A stretch of DNA of 64,000 bases from the human T2T-CHM13v2.0 reference genome, Homo sapiens: the NCBI RefSeq assembly GCF_009914755.1, contig NC_060947.1, one strand, 5' to 3'. Within the stretch, counting starts at the first letter, position 1; each line of letters begins with the position of its first letter. The translations under genes were made by a program, and so were the position numbers. Below are positions 45,555-58,997 of the stretch, piece by piece. The notes below the pieces were generated by a model that saw only the letters and a program-made list of their open reading frames with translations, was not told the DNA's origin and did not search any database.

Positions 45555-48500
45555 GTACTGTGTTTAAAACTTAGAAAAAACATTAAGAGCCAGAATAAAG
45601 ACAAAGTCATCCACATATGTTGTGAAATGTTACACAAACAATATAGTCAATGGACAAAATCTGAAAACACTACTTATTTCTACTTATTGGTAACCTTTCA
45701 TAACTCATAGCTCTGCTATCTTTAAGTTAGTAAATTATCTATAACTTGTAGTAATAATTAATATATCTGGAATTTACCCACTAGCATAAGTAATGTGTAA
45801 TTTTTCATTTTAAAGTCTTCAACCAACAAATAACATTGATATAAGGCATTTTTGTATTGGAAGGTTACTCTACTTCTGAATGATGAATAACCAGATTAAA
45901 GCTTGGATAGACTAAACCCCATTGGAAATTATACTCAGTAAAATTTAGAAAAAATACTTGAAAAATAAATGAAAATATATAAAAATTAAACTTTTTAAAA
46001 ATTATGAAAGCATAAATCTGCTGAATATAATTTCAACTTTTAAAAGTATAGAACCCACTTTTTCTCATGCCTTTTTTTTCTCTTCAAGTTACTACCTTTG
46101 GTCAATCATGAGCAATGTTCTTGAATATTGAAAACACATTTTAGAAATTATGTCTTTCTTGACCTTTTGAAGATATTTTCCCATTAAGAACAAATAAATA
46201 AACCTAGTGAGTAATTATTTATGTAATTTATAGGAAATAACATTTTTCTTCTTTTATGTTTGTATTTTGATAAAACAGTTTGAATCAACTTCTAAAGGTG
46301 TATTTTCACTCTTTTAGCAAGATTAATTACCATTTTATTCCATTCTCTTCTTTATACATGTTAGTTTTCTCCTTTTTTTTTCTTTTCCCCAATATAATCT
46401 ATTTACTTAGTCCATTAATTTTTCAATGGTCTGTTCATTGTTTTCTTTTTTATGTGATCTTCTCATTCCCTCAATACTAGCTGTACATTTTGAAAATATA
46501 AATGTTTGGTATATAATAAATATTATATGGGAAAACATAAAAGCAGTCTCCTTGAAAACAGTTTTTAAATATGTAATAAAGACCTAGGACAACCTTATAT
46601 TCTCTCAATTATCATACTGACAGAAAAAATAGAATTTCATAAAACATATAATTTTTTCTTGGCAGAGTAAATCAGTAATATGAAGACATATTTTAATTTG
46701 TTTTTGAATCAAAAAGAAACCGAGTTAAAATTTTATCAATTTTTAAAAATGATTTCTGAGAGCAAGCATCAACTGAGACTAAAAAATCTACACAAGTAGA
46801 TTGTTCACATTGCATTTTACTGTGTAATCACAGTTCAATTTGTGGCTAATTTAACTACGTTATGAACTTCACACATGAATAAGAGCCAAAAGCTGAAATA
46901 AATAGTTCCTTGGTATGACTTCTCAACTTAACATGAGCCAGAAATGCAATGAACGATTTGAAATATGCTAGAATTATCAAAACCTGGTTAGTGTTACTTA
47001 ATATGGGACCACATATTTTGGACGATGTGATAATGATAATTTTAAAATACATGATTTTTAACGTTGCTTACAGTTATATGAGGTTTCTCAGGTTATTTAA
47101 AGTGAATATAAGGATGATCACCATTTCTATTCTTTTATTGTTTTCTTTGTTATTTTATGTGCGTATATTTTTCTTATCGCAGTATTTTTCAATTACCAGA
47201 ATATTTTAAAATAAATTACATTATAAATATTGAACAAGCAAATATACATTTACTCACCTAAGGCTTTTTTCTAAATTTGGGCTTGGAGTTTAAAAATAAA
47301 CATGGGAGAAAAAATTCAAAATAGGAATGCAAGGAATGCAACATTGATTTTAAATGTTTTATACTCTCACAAAGTAGTTTGTGCAAGTGTCATAGACACT
47401 GAATAGCTAAAATGCATAATTGCAACCTCTTTGTGAAAAACAACTAAATTTTAAAGCCAGAACAAAGAGACAACCTGGAAAGCTGTAATCAGAATTGTAG
47501 GATGAAGGTTACGTTGTTTATTTAACCTACTTCTCTAGGCTCTATAGCATATTTTATTCATTCTATAACTTCACTAGTTGGGATAAGAGATTATCTCCAG
47601 AAAATATGCATAATTGTGGCTTAGTCAGAGACTATATGAAACAATATGCCTTAATGTCAATGCCACAATATTCTGATTTGGCAGTGCTTTTATGAGCTAT
47701 CTTACAGGTACAAAGAAGATATATCTTCATACAGTTAGTAAATTGCTACTTCTTATGAACTTTTGCATGTTTTTCTTAAATAAATTGGTTTGCCTCTTGA
47801 TTAAAATGAAATATCAAAGTCTGTTCAGATTATAAGCTTACTTTATTATAATAGGTTTTTAATTTCTAATTTTCTTGCTTCTACAGGGAGAACTTTGTAT
47901 TTATTGTTACCCTATGAATTGTGAAAAACACACACACACATTTTTTAAAAATTAATGGATGCATGTTTCTTGATTAACAAGGCAAATGTACATATAAAAA
48001 TGTAGTGACGTGAATATTTTTGTTAAAACATAAGAAAAATGAGCAAACAAAGCTCTCCATTCTGTATTAAGAGCTTTTACAAAGAATCTTTCTGTGGTGG
48101 TACATGACCTGAAAAATAGAAGAACAAATATAATGGTTCTCTCTGGGAGTAAAGTTAATAACTAGGAGCCTGATTTTACCATTGATTTTATTTTTGACCT
48201 CAGATAGGTTTCTGGTCTTCTCTCTTCATTTCGTATATTAACTGGAAATAAATTACTAAACCATTTTCAAGCCTTCTCTAAAGAGCACTTGATTCAGGTA
48301 TACATAATACACAGTTACGTTTATTTTATTATTTTTTCAAGTCATTTTTGTTATTTTTACTTTTATCTTGGATTTGTATGTGTGTATGTGTTTGCGCATT
48401 TTCAAACAGACAGCATTTTCAATAGTCATTTGTATTGAAAAATCATTCACATGTATTTTCTGTATATATTTTGGTTTGATTCATAGAGTTAATATATTTT

Positions 48501-49294
48501 GATTCTACAAAAGTGCCTTAGCTCTTTAACAGGTACTCATTTAAGTGAACACCACTGTATAATTTGTTAGTCTCCTGTGATGATTCAAGATGTTCCTCAC
48601 ATTCTGGTTTGAAAAGGAATAATTTGCATATATTTTTAGAGTTGAACATGCTGAGATGTAGAGAATAAGATGTTGTCTAATAAGACATTCATTACATATA
48701 CTAGTTTTAAGAATCATTTTTAAGTTCAAATTTTAACATAGTGCAAGATAATAACTATGTTGAGAGCTACTACTGCAGTTCAGATGCTTTTACTTTAATA
48801 TCTTTTATGCAATTTGCAAAGACACTTTTTTGAAAACAAAGCCTGCTACTGGATCTACCAAAGAAGAAATTTATTATTTAAAAGCGACTATATCTCACAT
48901 TAGTAGATCAAAAGATTTCACATATTTTCAATATCTTTTATGGAATAGAATTTTGAATGTTTTACCTTAAGACTTTTTCTTATCAATTTTCAGTAACTTG
49001 AAAAACATCTAAAACAATTCCAAGAAAGGAAATGTCACCTTTACTAACACTTTTCTCCAAATGCATTTCTTCCAAAGTCATTTCTAATTAATATATATAT
49101 TTCTAATTATACATTTAATGTATGCTCATTTTAGAAAAGTAGAAAATAAAAACATAAAGAATACAATCCAACAACAGAGAAATTGGCACATATAATAATT
49201 TTGCGTATATTTCCCATTATATTTCCATTAAAATATGTTGAAATAATTAGAACTATGCTCCACATGCAGTTTGTTTTTTGAAAACTTGCATAAA

Positions 49295-49689
49295 CAAGAT
49301 CATTGTCTGGGACTTTGTCCCTGGTTCCTGAGAGGTAACTTCTAAACCCCTGGAGTTTTTCAAATGACAGAAGGTTTTTGTTATTCATTGTGGGATCTGG
49401 AACCAACCTAAGTTTATGCTAATGAGGTGCATCATGTCAGAACACTAAATAGTTTATGGTAATAAAATGACCAGCAGAATGGGGGCTGGTCATAAAAGAA
49501 AAAGCAAAACACCATCAGAGAGTTGGGGCTTTGGGCTACTTGATATCTTTGTCTAACCTCCAGAGAATGGAATGAGGCTGAAGATTGAGCTCAAATAACC
49601 AATTATTTGGTCAGTCATACCTATATAATGAAGCCCTCCAAAAATATGGAAACTAAAGCTCAGGTGAGTTTTCTTGGCTGGCAATGCAC
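49295..49689 (+). mobile_element. MER21-family LTR (MER21C-like), 5' part only
   Basis: tttgtccctggttcctg...ctaaacccctggag...gtttatgctaatgaggtg...aaagctcaggtgagtttt. Confidence 0.75.
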
Positions 49690-50280
49690 TGTGGAAACCA
49701 AAATTAAAATTCTAAGGCCCCAAGCCATCTGAATGGACTTCCTTCTCAGACAGGGCTCTTAAAATTTAACTTGAAAGACTGGTTCAGGCCATGATCGAAA
49801 ATAGGGGTCAGACATCCTTATTATACCTCTCTGGCATTAATATCAACACAGATTTTAAGTCTGATAAAAAACATTTTACAATCTATTCTCTCTAAAGCCT
49901 GCTACCTAGAGGCTTCATCTGCATGATAAAACTTTCACCTCCACAACCTTATTGCAACCCAGACATTCCTTTCTATTGATCTCAGGTACTTGGATAAACT
50001 CAACCAATTGTCAATCAGAAAAATTTTAGATTTCCCTATAAGCTGGAAGACGCCCCACTTCAAGTCCACTTTTCTGGACCAAACACATGTATTTCATAAA
50101 TGTATTTGATTGAAGTCTCATGCCTCCCTAAAATGTATAAAACTAAGCTGCATCCTGACCACCTTGGGCACATGTTCTCAGGACCTACTGAGGGCTGTGT
50201 CATGGGCCATGGCCACTCATATTTGACTCAGAATAAATCTCTTCAAATATTTTACAGATTTTGACTATTTTCATCGATAA
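49690..50280 (+). mobile_element. MER4B-like 5' LTR
   Basis: aaccaaaattaaaattctaaggcccc...catctgaatggac...gaccaccttgggcacatgttctcaggacc...cagaataaatctcttc, followed by PBS-like tttggcaccca. Confidence 0.88.
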
Positions 50281-50925
50281 TAATTTGGCACCCAAACACG
50301 TGGGGCCTCAGAGAAGACTCAGGACTCCAAAGGAGTTGCCCAAACTCAGAGCTAAGGTATCAGCAGGGGCCCATTGAAGCCTCCACGACTTTGAGCTTCT
50401 CCTCTGGTGGAACTGCTAAGTCCTCCTGAGCCCAGAACCTCCCTTTGATGAAAGGTCCTTGATTTATTCTGAGCTTTTATTTTTGCTCTTCTAGGAAGTT
50501 GTTGTTTAAGGATCCTAATTCTAGTTCAGAGGTGCATTTTAAAGGGTCTTCTCCATTGCTTTTTCTCCCGAAATTAATCTTGATTTGGCTTGGCTGGGCG
50601 CATTTGCATGAGGAACTGTACTGTTGTTTTCATAGGTAAATGAGAGACTGAGTTTACTCAGCTTGGAAAAGAAAGGGCATTTTGTTCCTTCCAGCTGAAA
50701 GGCACCCTGGGTTACTGGGGGCCTCGTGGGATTGTCTGGGGTGTTGACCCTCCGTGATTTACAGCAGCCCTACAGGGAACCCCCAATGAAATTAGTTCAA
50801 AATAGGCTCGTCCTGGAAGTGTATACAGGAGCTGGTTGCTTCATACTTTGGGCCCTGCTGAAGGGGCTTAGACCTCTGGAGAGGGAAAGATACATGTAAG
50901 AGGGCAGCAATGACTCAGTGGTTAA

Positions 50926-52223
50926 TTTTACAGGATATCTGGGGTGTCAATTTTTCTTACTGGAAACCTCTATGGCCGCAGCGCCTTTGCCTGAGTTTTT
51001 GTCCTACCTCCAGGAATAATGAGATATGCAAGCAAGTGAAAGGTGAAGAAGAAGAGTTTTATTTGATGTTAGAACAGCTCAGAGGAGTGGGTAGCTCCTC
51101 TCTATAGACAGGTTGCCCAGTGAAACGTTCAGATCTTAGCAGAGAGGAGGCTCTAGAGAGGGTGACTCCTCTCTGCAGCAAGTCATTTTGACATTGCTGC
51201 AGGTCTCTGAAGCTCTCAACAGAGAAGGTAGCACCTCTTTCATGGCAGGTTGTCTCTGCAGCTCTCTGCAGTTGGTCATCCCATCATCTCCAGCCATCAG
51301 CAGAGAGGGTACTCCTCTCTGCAGCTGGTTGTCTGTCCGTCCTCTGCTCTCTTCATCCTCTGGCCATCCTCTGCCCTGCTCTGGCTGAGCCCAGGGCTTT
51401 TATAAACCTCAGAGGGAAGGAAGTGCATGCTGATTGGTCCATGGGCAGCCATGGGTGGGCCCAGAAGAGGCACCTGAGTCCCCACTCCAGTCCTCAGGAC
51501 TGGTAGCCCAGCCCCCAGCCTTCATGCCCTCCCTAGCCTGAATGTGGGGCCTTACTGGGGACCAGGCCTCTTCTGCCCGGGGACCAGGCCTCTTCTGCCC
51601 AGGAACCAGTTTGCTTCCTGCTGTCATTCATGGCCCCTGGGGCTCAGCCCAAAGCCTGCTCTGAAATTGGAGAAGGTGCCCGGAGAGGAGAGTGGTCAGG
51701 CAGGTGGAAGCAGACACCCCTGAGCCTGCAGGGATGAGGGGGTCCTTCCTGGGGCCTCTGAGGGCGCAGGCTGCAGAGATGCCTGGGTCCTGTGTCTAGG
51801 AGGGCGGCCGCAGCTGCACCTGGGAGCTCCCGCCCCACCAACTGAAAAGGGGTAGGGCTCCCTCCCTCTTGTCACCGGCTCCTGCCTTCTTCCTGGAACA
51901 GAACGCCTAGGTCTGCAGCCACAGGTGCATAGGCTGCAGCTGCACCGGGAAAGCAGATCTGGCCTGTTCCTGGCTCCGCCAAGAGCACTCAGAGGCTTGG
52001 ATCCATAGCTGCAGTTTGGGTAGGTGCAGCCCCGCCCGGGAGGGTGGGGCTCCTGCTTGCTCCGTAAAGGAGGACTGGGTCTGCAGCTGCCTTTCGGGGT
52101 TTGGGACAAGGAACTCCCTTCCCAACTCAGAAGGGGCAGGGCTTGAACTCACTCCGTAGAGTGTGTAGGCCCAGCTGGGTTTCCCTGCGGCAGCCGGCAT
52201 GATGGCAGCAGCCAATACCATCA
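50926..52223 (-). mobile_element. MER52-family solo LTR
   Basis: GC-rich. ttacaggatatctggggtgtc...ggaaacctctatggcc at the left; cagccggcatgatggcagcagccaataccatca at the right. TSD ttaa/ctaa. Confidence 0.88.
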
Positions 52224-52662
52224 CTAACACACATTTCAACCCACTCCACAAAAGCCCTAGGCCATAGCTCAGTTCCTTCTAAAAAAAAAAAAAAAAAAAG
52301 TGGGAAACAGTCTAAGAATGGGGGGGAAAAAAAAAGAATGACCCTCCTTTGGGGCACTCCATTGGTTTTATGACACCTCTACTTGCCAGAGTTCATATAA
52401 AATGGAAGTATTATGGTCTTTGTGCACATTTACATTGAGGAAAAATACCCCTAAGGTAGATCTGCAAACTATAGAGTTCCTAAGTTCTGTTTTTCTCTAT
52501 TTTTCTTTTCTGCCTGCTTTAAATCTGCTCTTACTTTTTCTACTGCAATAAAAACCATTGTTTGGATTTAACAGTTTTTTTGTTTGTTTGTTTTTTGCAA
52601 GTTGGTGAATTTGTATTTATCTCACGGTTCTGAAGTAAAAGCTATAGGATCTCTGTGATCTG

Positions 52663-52664
<2 letters not shown>

Positions 52665-52710
<46 letters not shown>

Positions 52711-52720
52711 TGTGTGTGCG
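52665..52720. repeat. (TG)n microsatellite
   Basis: Seen directly. Confidence 0.97.
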
Positions 52721-53202
52721 TATATTTAAAATGCCTTTATAATTTCTATAATTATATGTTTAATTGACAATTAAATCCATTTTAATTTTTTTCTAGCACA
52801 CCAGACTTTTTTTCTTTGTAAATTTTGGTATCTGATTTTTACCTAAGAGTTGTTTCCTTTAATATTCAGAGTTAAGGCTATTTAGCTGACAACTGCCTAA
52901 GGTGGTGAATCAGGTTATCAAGAATTTGAAAGCCTATGATAGGAGAAAAAAAAAAAGAAAAAAGAAAAGGGGTCTTATGAATCTATAAGATTCATCATGC
53001 CTAATATGTCTATGTGTTTATGTGTTGTGTAAATATTTCACTACTAAAAATATATAAAAGTGCTCTAATTAATTGGCTTAAAATATAAAAGAATCTAAAT
53101 CAAATACTTAAAAGAAAAGCCTAACTAAATGCTTTTTCAAGTTCACATGACTTAAGTAAAATCTTTAATAAATAAGTTGGCTTTAAAGTTATAGGTGAAA
53201 TA

Positions 53203-53557
53203 TGTATTAGTCTGTTTTTTTGTTGCTGATAAAGACATACTTGAGACTGGGAAGTAAAAGAGGTTTAATTGGACTTACAGTTCCACATGGCTGGAGAGGC
53301 CTCAGAATCATGGCAGGAGGCAAAAGACATTTCTTACATGGTGGCGGCAAGAGAAAATGAGCTAGAAGCAAAAGTGAAAACTCCCGATAAGCCCATCAGA
53401 TCTCGTGAGACTTATTCACTGTCACAAGAATAACACAGGAAAAGACCAGCCTCCATGATTCAATTATCTCCCCCTGGGTCCCTCCTACAACACGTGGGAA
53501 TTCTGGGAGATACAATTCAAGTTGAGATTTGAGTGGGGACACACCCAAAATGTATCA
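53203..53557 (-). mobile_element. THE1 (THE1C-like) solo LTR
   Basis: tgtattagtctgttt...gctgataaagacatac...gatacaattcaagttgagatttgagtggggacac; aata on both flanks. Confidence 0.92.
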
Positions 53558-54202
53558 AATAATATTAGAAATTTCTTAAGAATCGATAGCATTTTTATTT
53601 TCATTTGTTGATCAAGTGGTTTCATGCTTATTCCTGTAGAATACTATACGATTTGCCATAAGGGTTATATAAGTATAAAACCCAGCCCAGGACACAATGA
53701 TCTTTGCTTGTGTAATTTTTGATAAATAAGACATGGAATGTTGTTGGTTTAATGAAAACAGCTAAATCTTGAGGTATTGGTAAAAAATACCCTTATATTT
53801 AACTTTAAGGTTCTTAAGTAAATACCTGAAATTCACAGGTGTAAAAACAGTTAACAAAGAAATAACTTTAAATACTGACTATCACAGTTTTTGTAAGTAA
53901 TCTAGGTAAATGATTAATATTGAATAAATTAATCAGTTAAATGTAATTTAATAAATGCTTGTAAACAAACTTGTCATAATTTAGGATCTCAAAGTTATTA
54001 ATTGATATCAGGTATCTGAGTAATTTCCAATTTAAAAATTATAGAAAACCATTTTTTTAAAAAAGTTCTTATTAAAAGGCAAATATCTTTGTCTAATTAA
54101 AGGCTTATTTAAAGGTTATGTATAAAACAAGGTAAAAGTTACCATAAAATAAGAGATGTAAAGAAAGTTAAAGATATAAAGAAGTATTTTTGGTAAAGAA
54201 GA

Positions 54203-54671
54203 TGTGAACCCTGAAAATCTGAGACAGGTCTCAGTTAATTTAGGAAGTTTATTTTGACAAGATTGAGAACGTGCACGCAGGACACAGCCTCAGGAGGTCC
54301 TGATGACATGTGCCAAGGTAGTCAGAACACAGTTTGGTTTTATAGATTCTAGGGAGACATGAGACATCAATCAACATATGCAAGATGAACACTGGTCCAG
54401 TCTGGAAAGGCAGGACAACTCAAAGTAAAAGCAGGATGACTCAAAGTGGAGAAGGGGCTTCCAGGTCACAGGTAGATAAGAGACAAATGGTTGCGTTCTT
54501 TTGAGTTTCTGATTAGCCTCTCCAAAGCAGGCAATCAGGTATGCATTTATCCCAGTGAGAAGAGGGGTGACTTTGAAAAGAATGGGAGGCAGGTTGGCCC
54601 TAAGCAGTTCCCAGCTTGACTTTTCCCTTAGCTTAGTGATTTGGGGACCCCAAGATTTTATTCCTTTCACA
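54203..54671 (-). mobile_element. MER4A1-like 3' LTR of a second, oppositely oriented MER4 provirus
   Basis: Reverse complement tgtgaaaggaataaaatcttggggtccccaaatcactaagctaaggg...ctcagattttcagggttcaca, preceded on the minus strand by a purine tract and internal sequence. Confidence 0.9.
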
Positions 54672-54682
54672 TTTTCTTTCTC

Positions 54683-54992
<310 letters not shown>

Positions 54993-55740
54993 CATTTTCT
55001 CTCTTTTTAAAAATTTTTTGGAGAAAGCATTTTAGAAGAAAATGAGTCTCTGGTCTCAGGTTTCTTCTGATCTCGCATGGCTAGGATGGTTTATTCCTAG
55101 ACAGGTAGGTCATGAGTTATTAGGAAAGCTCGTTTTTATCAGGCTGTGAAGTCATGTCCTAGGAAGAGAACATAGGGGAAGGAAGGAATAAAAACAACAA
55201 ACAAAAGAACAATACTGGAAAATCAATATAGGCCACAAAACTCTGAAGTCCATTCATCATTAGGCAGGTATGAAAGTGGCTTATGTATGTAAATAGGCTG
55301 CTGTTATTTTCTTCTAAAATTTAAGTTGTCTCGCTATAGTTTGTAGGGCTTAATGAAAGCACAGCTTAGTTTTCAATGATTTCAAGTTAGGAAAAATTGG
55401 GGGAAAAGGAAAAGAAAAGAAAAAATGAAAATATTATTTTAAAGATTTGTTGCCAGGAAAAATTATAATTCAGCCCAAACTGTAGAAAATAATAAAAACT
55501 GAAAAACATTAGACAAGACTAGGATCTAACAACAGGTGTATTGTAGTTTTTGAAACATAATTTTTCTCTCTCCTGTTTCCCATTTTTACTAAAGACAAAT
55601 CATGATAGAATCAATTTGCTTTATTATACTTGGCCAGATTATTTGTATAAAGTGCAGCAAGGATAATTATTTTTTATATAGGCTTATTTACATTGGCTTT
55701 GATGGAACTTGGTTCAATAGAAAAAATCTCATGAGACTTT
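54993..55740 (-). mobile_element. MER4-int 3' internal region (minus-strand provirus), truncated
   Basis: gagaaagcattttagaagaaaatgagtctctggtctcagg...actaaagacaaatcatg...ttggctttgatggaact. Confidence 0.8.
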
Positions 55741-55829
55741 TTTCTTTTTTTTTATATTAAAAGCATTTATTTATTTTACTTTAATTCTTCTAAAAAATGG
55801 GATACATGTGCAGAACATGTAGGTTTGCC
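55738..55829 (-). mobile_element. Very short L1PA 3' terminus
   Basis: T-rich tail then tgggatacatgtgcagaacatgtaggtttg (L1PA 3' UTR end); no TSD visible. Confidence 0.75.
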
Positions 55830-56860
<1,031 letters not shown>

Positions 56861-56880
56861 CTTTCTTTATTAATTTTTTA

Positions 56881-56974
56881 TTCTATATACATTTTTCTCC
56901 TTTTTGAGTTTGTTCCAAATGTATTTATTCTATGTACATTTTTCTCCTTTTTGAGTTTGTTCCACATGTATTTA
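56881..56974. repeat. 47-bp tandem duplication
   Basis: ttctatatacatttttctcctttttgagtttgttccaaatgtattta occurs twice with 2 mismatches. Confidence 0.95.
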
Positions 56975-57221
56975 TTAATTATTGATTATCTCAGGATTTT
57001 GTAGGGTTTTGGGCACTTACATGACTCAAAGTAAGATATTATCTGGGTGGTACACTAAATTATTTTATGACTATATTAGTCATCTGTGTAAAACTGCTTC
57101 AAAATATATTTAACCTTATAGTTTTAAGGCCATGTTCTATACAGTGATTTCTAACATTCCCAGTATGAATATTCTTATTTTATTTTACTTATTATGAAAA
57201 TATGTTTTAAAATATAAATAT

Positions 57222-57598
57222 TGCTGTGGTTTGAATATGTATCCCAAAGTTTACGTGTTTGAAACTTAATCCCCAAATTTATATGTTGATCATGTGTAGA
57301 TGGATGTAGGGCCTTTTGGAGGTAATTAGGGTTAGATGGGGTCCTGAGTGTGGGATTCTCATCATGGGTTAGTGACTTTATTGGAAGATAAGGAGAGACC
57401 TGAGCTGGCACACTCTTGCCCTCTGGTGATGTGATGCCCTCCACCATTTTACAATTCAGCAAGAAGGCACCTACCAGATGCCGGTGCCATGCTCGTAGAT
57501 GTCCCAGGCTCCAGAACTGTGAGTTAAATGAAAGTATTTTATATATAAATTATCTAGTCTATGGAATAATGTTATGGCAACAGAAAATTACTAACAAG
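57222..57598 (+). mobile_element. MSTC/MSTD-like MaLR solo LTR
   Basis: tgctgtggtttgaatatgt...gaaacttaatccccaa...cagcaagaaggcacctaccagatgc...ctccagaactgtgag. Confidence 0.82.
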
Positions 57599-57654
57599 TG
57601 TATTTAGAGAATAAGGTACAAACCCAGGTATCCCATGAAAAAACAAATGTTAAC

Positions 57655-58605
57655 TCTCTTAGTCTTTTTAGGCTGGTGGGTAGCTCATATATGACAGAAA
57701 TTTGTTTCTTACAATTTTGGAGAGGGGGGTGCTGTCCAAGATGAAGGCATCAGCAGATTTGGTGTCTAATGAGGGCCCACTTTCTCATAGGTGGCCACCT
57801 TTTCACTGTAAACTCACATACCAGAAGTGATGGGGAATCTCTCTTGGATCTCTTTTATAAGGGCACTAGTCTCATTCATGACAGTTTTACCCCCATACCT
57901 CCTACTACTATAAACTTGAGGGTTAAGATTTGAACATATTAATTTTGCGGAGAATACAAACATTCAAATCATAGCATTTTCCCCTGATCCCCCTGAATTT
58001 TTGTCTTTCTTACCTACAAAATACATTCATGACATCACCAAAGCCCCAAAAGTCTTCACTTCTTCCAGCGCCAACACAAAACTGTAAAGTACAAAGTCTC
58101 ATCTGAATATCATCTAAATTGTTTGTGGGTGAAATTCAAGGTAAGTTTTATTCTGTGAAACATTGCTCTCCAACTGTGAAATTGTAAAGTCAAACATGTT
58201 ATGTGCTTCCAAAATACAGTGGTTAAACAGACATAGGATAAGCATTCTTATTCCAAAATGGAGAAATATAAGAGAATAAAAACCAATAGTTTCCAAATAA
58301 GTATGAAATACAATAGGGCAAATAATATTAAATTTTACAGCTTGAGAATAATCTTCTTTGGTTTAGTGCTTGCCCTCCAGGCCAACTGGAAATTGGAGAT
58401 GGGCACACCTTCCAGACATACTGGGTCAGGGCCCAACCTTCTCTTCTGGACACACTGGAGTTGGGATCCTACCTTTTAGATACACTGGGATGTGTGGACC
58501 TGCCCCAATGCAATGGGTGGCCCCACCACCATGTTAGATCTCTGTAGTCATCCCAATTCTGATGTGAATTTGTGTTTGAGTTGTATGCCCATGGATCCTC
58601 CAGGC
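57655..58605 (-). mobile_element. MLT1A-like LTR (to 57976) plus adjoining MaLR internal sequence
   Basis: gtccaagatgaaggcatcagcagatttggtgtc...aaacattcaaatcatagca, then internal ccccaaaagtcttcac...aaagtctcatctga. Confidence 0.8.
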
Positions 58606-58850
58606 TGGAATCATGGATGGGATTAATGTCTATAAAAGGCTTCGGAGAGCTGCCTCTTTCTTTCTGCCCTTTCACCATGTTAGGGCACCTAGACAGCATC
58701 AACCCTGAGAAGAGGGCCCTAAACAGACAACTGACATGCTCATGCTTTGAACTTCAGCTTCTCAGCCTCCAAAACTATGAGAAATAAATATTATTTATGG
58801 ATTATGCAATCTGTGGTATTTTGTGACAGAAGCATGAAAGAACCGAGACA
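58606..58850 (+). mobile_element. MLT1A/B-like LTR, 3' half
   Basis: gatgggattaatgtc...cagcctccaaaactatgagaaataaat...ctgtggtattttgt...gagaca. Confidence 0.75.
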
Positions 58851-58997
58851 CTAGGACTATGGTGTTTCCTAGCTTCTGCTTTTTCTTAAATTTGTGTCCA
58901 GCAACACATACTCATCACTGGGGGAAAATTTTTCATGTCTGCATTCTCCTTTATGATATTTTCTGTAAATTTCAGTCTTCTCTATTTTTCTTTGTAC

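Larger units (their letters stand above)
50281..54202 (+). mobile_element. MER4-int (5' internal region) hosting MER52 and THE1 insertions
   Basis: PBS-like start; the sequence resumes across both insertions; includes (TG)n at ~52665-52720. Confidence 0.82.

Noticed and set aside
51409-52357. Several GC-rich ORFs
   Set aside because: Inside the MER52 LTR, with no recognisable protein.
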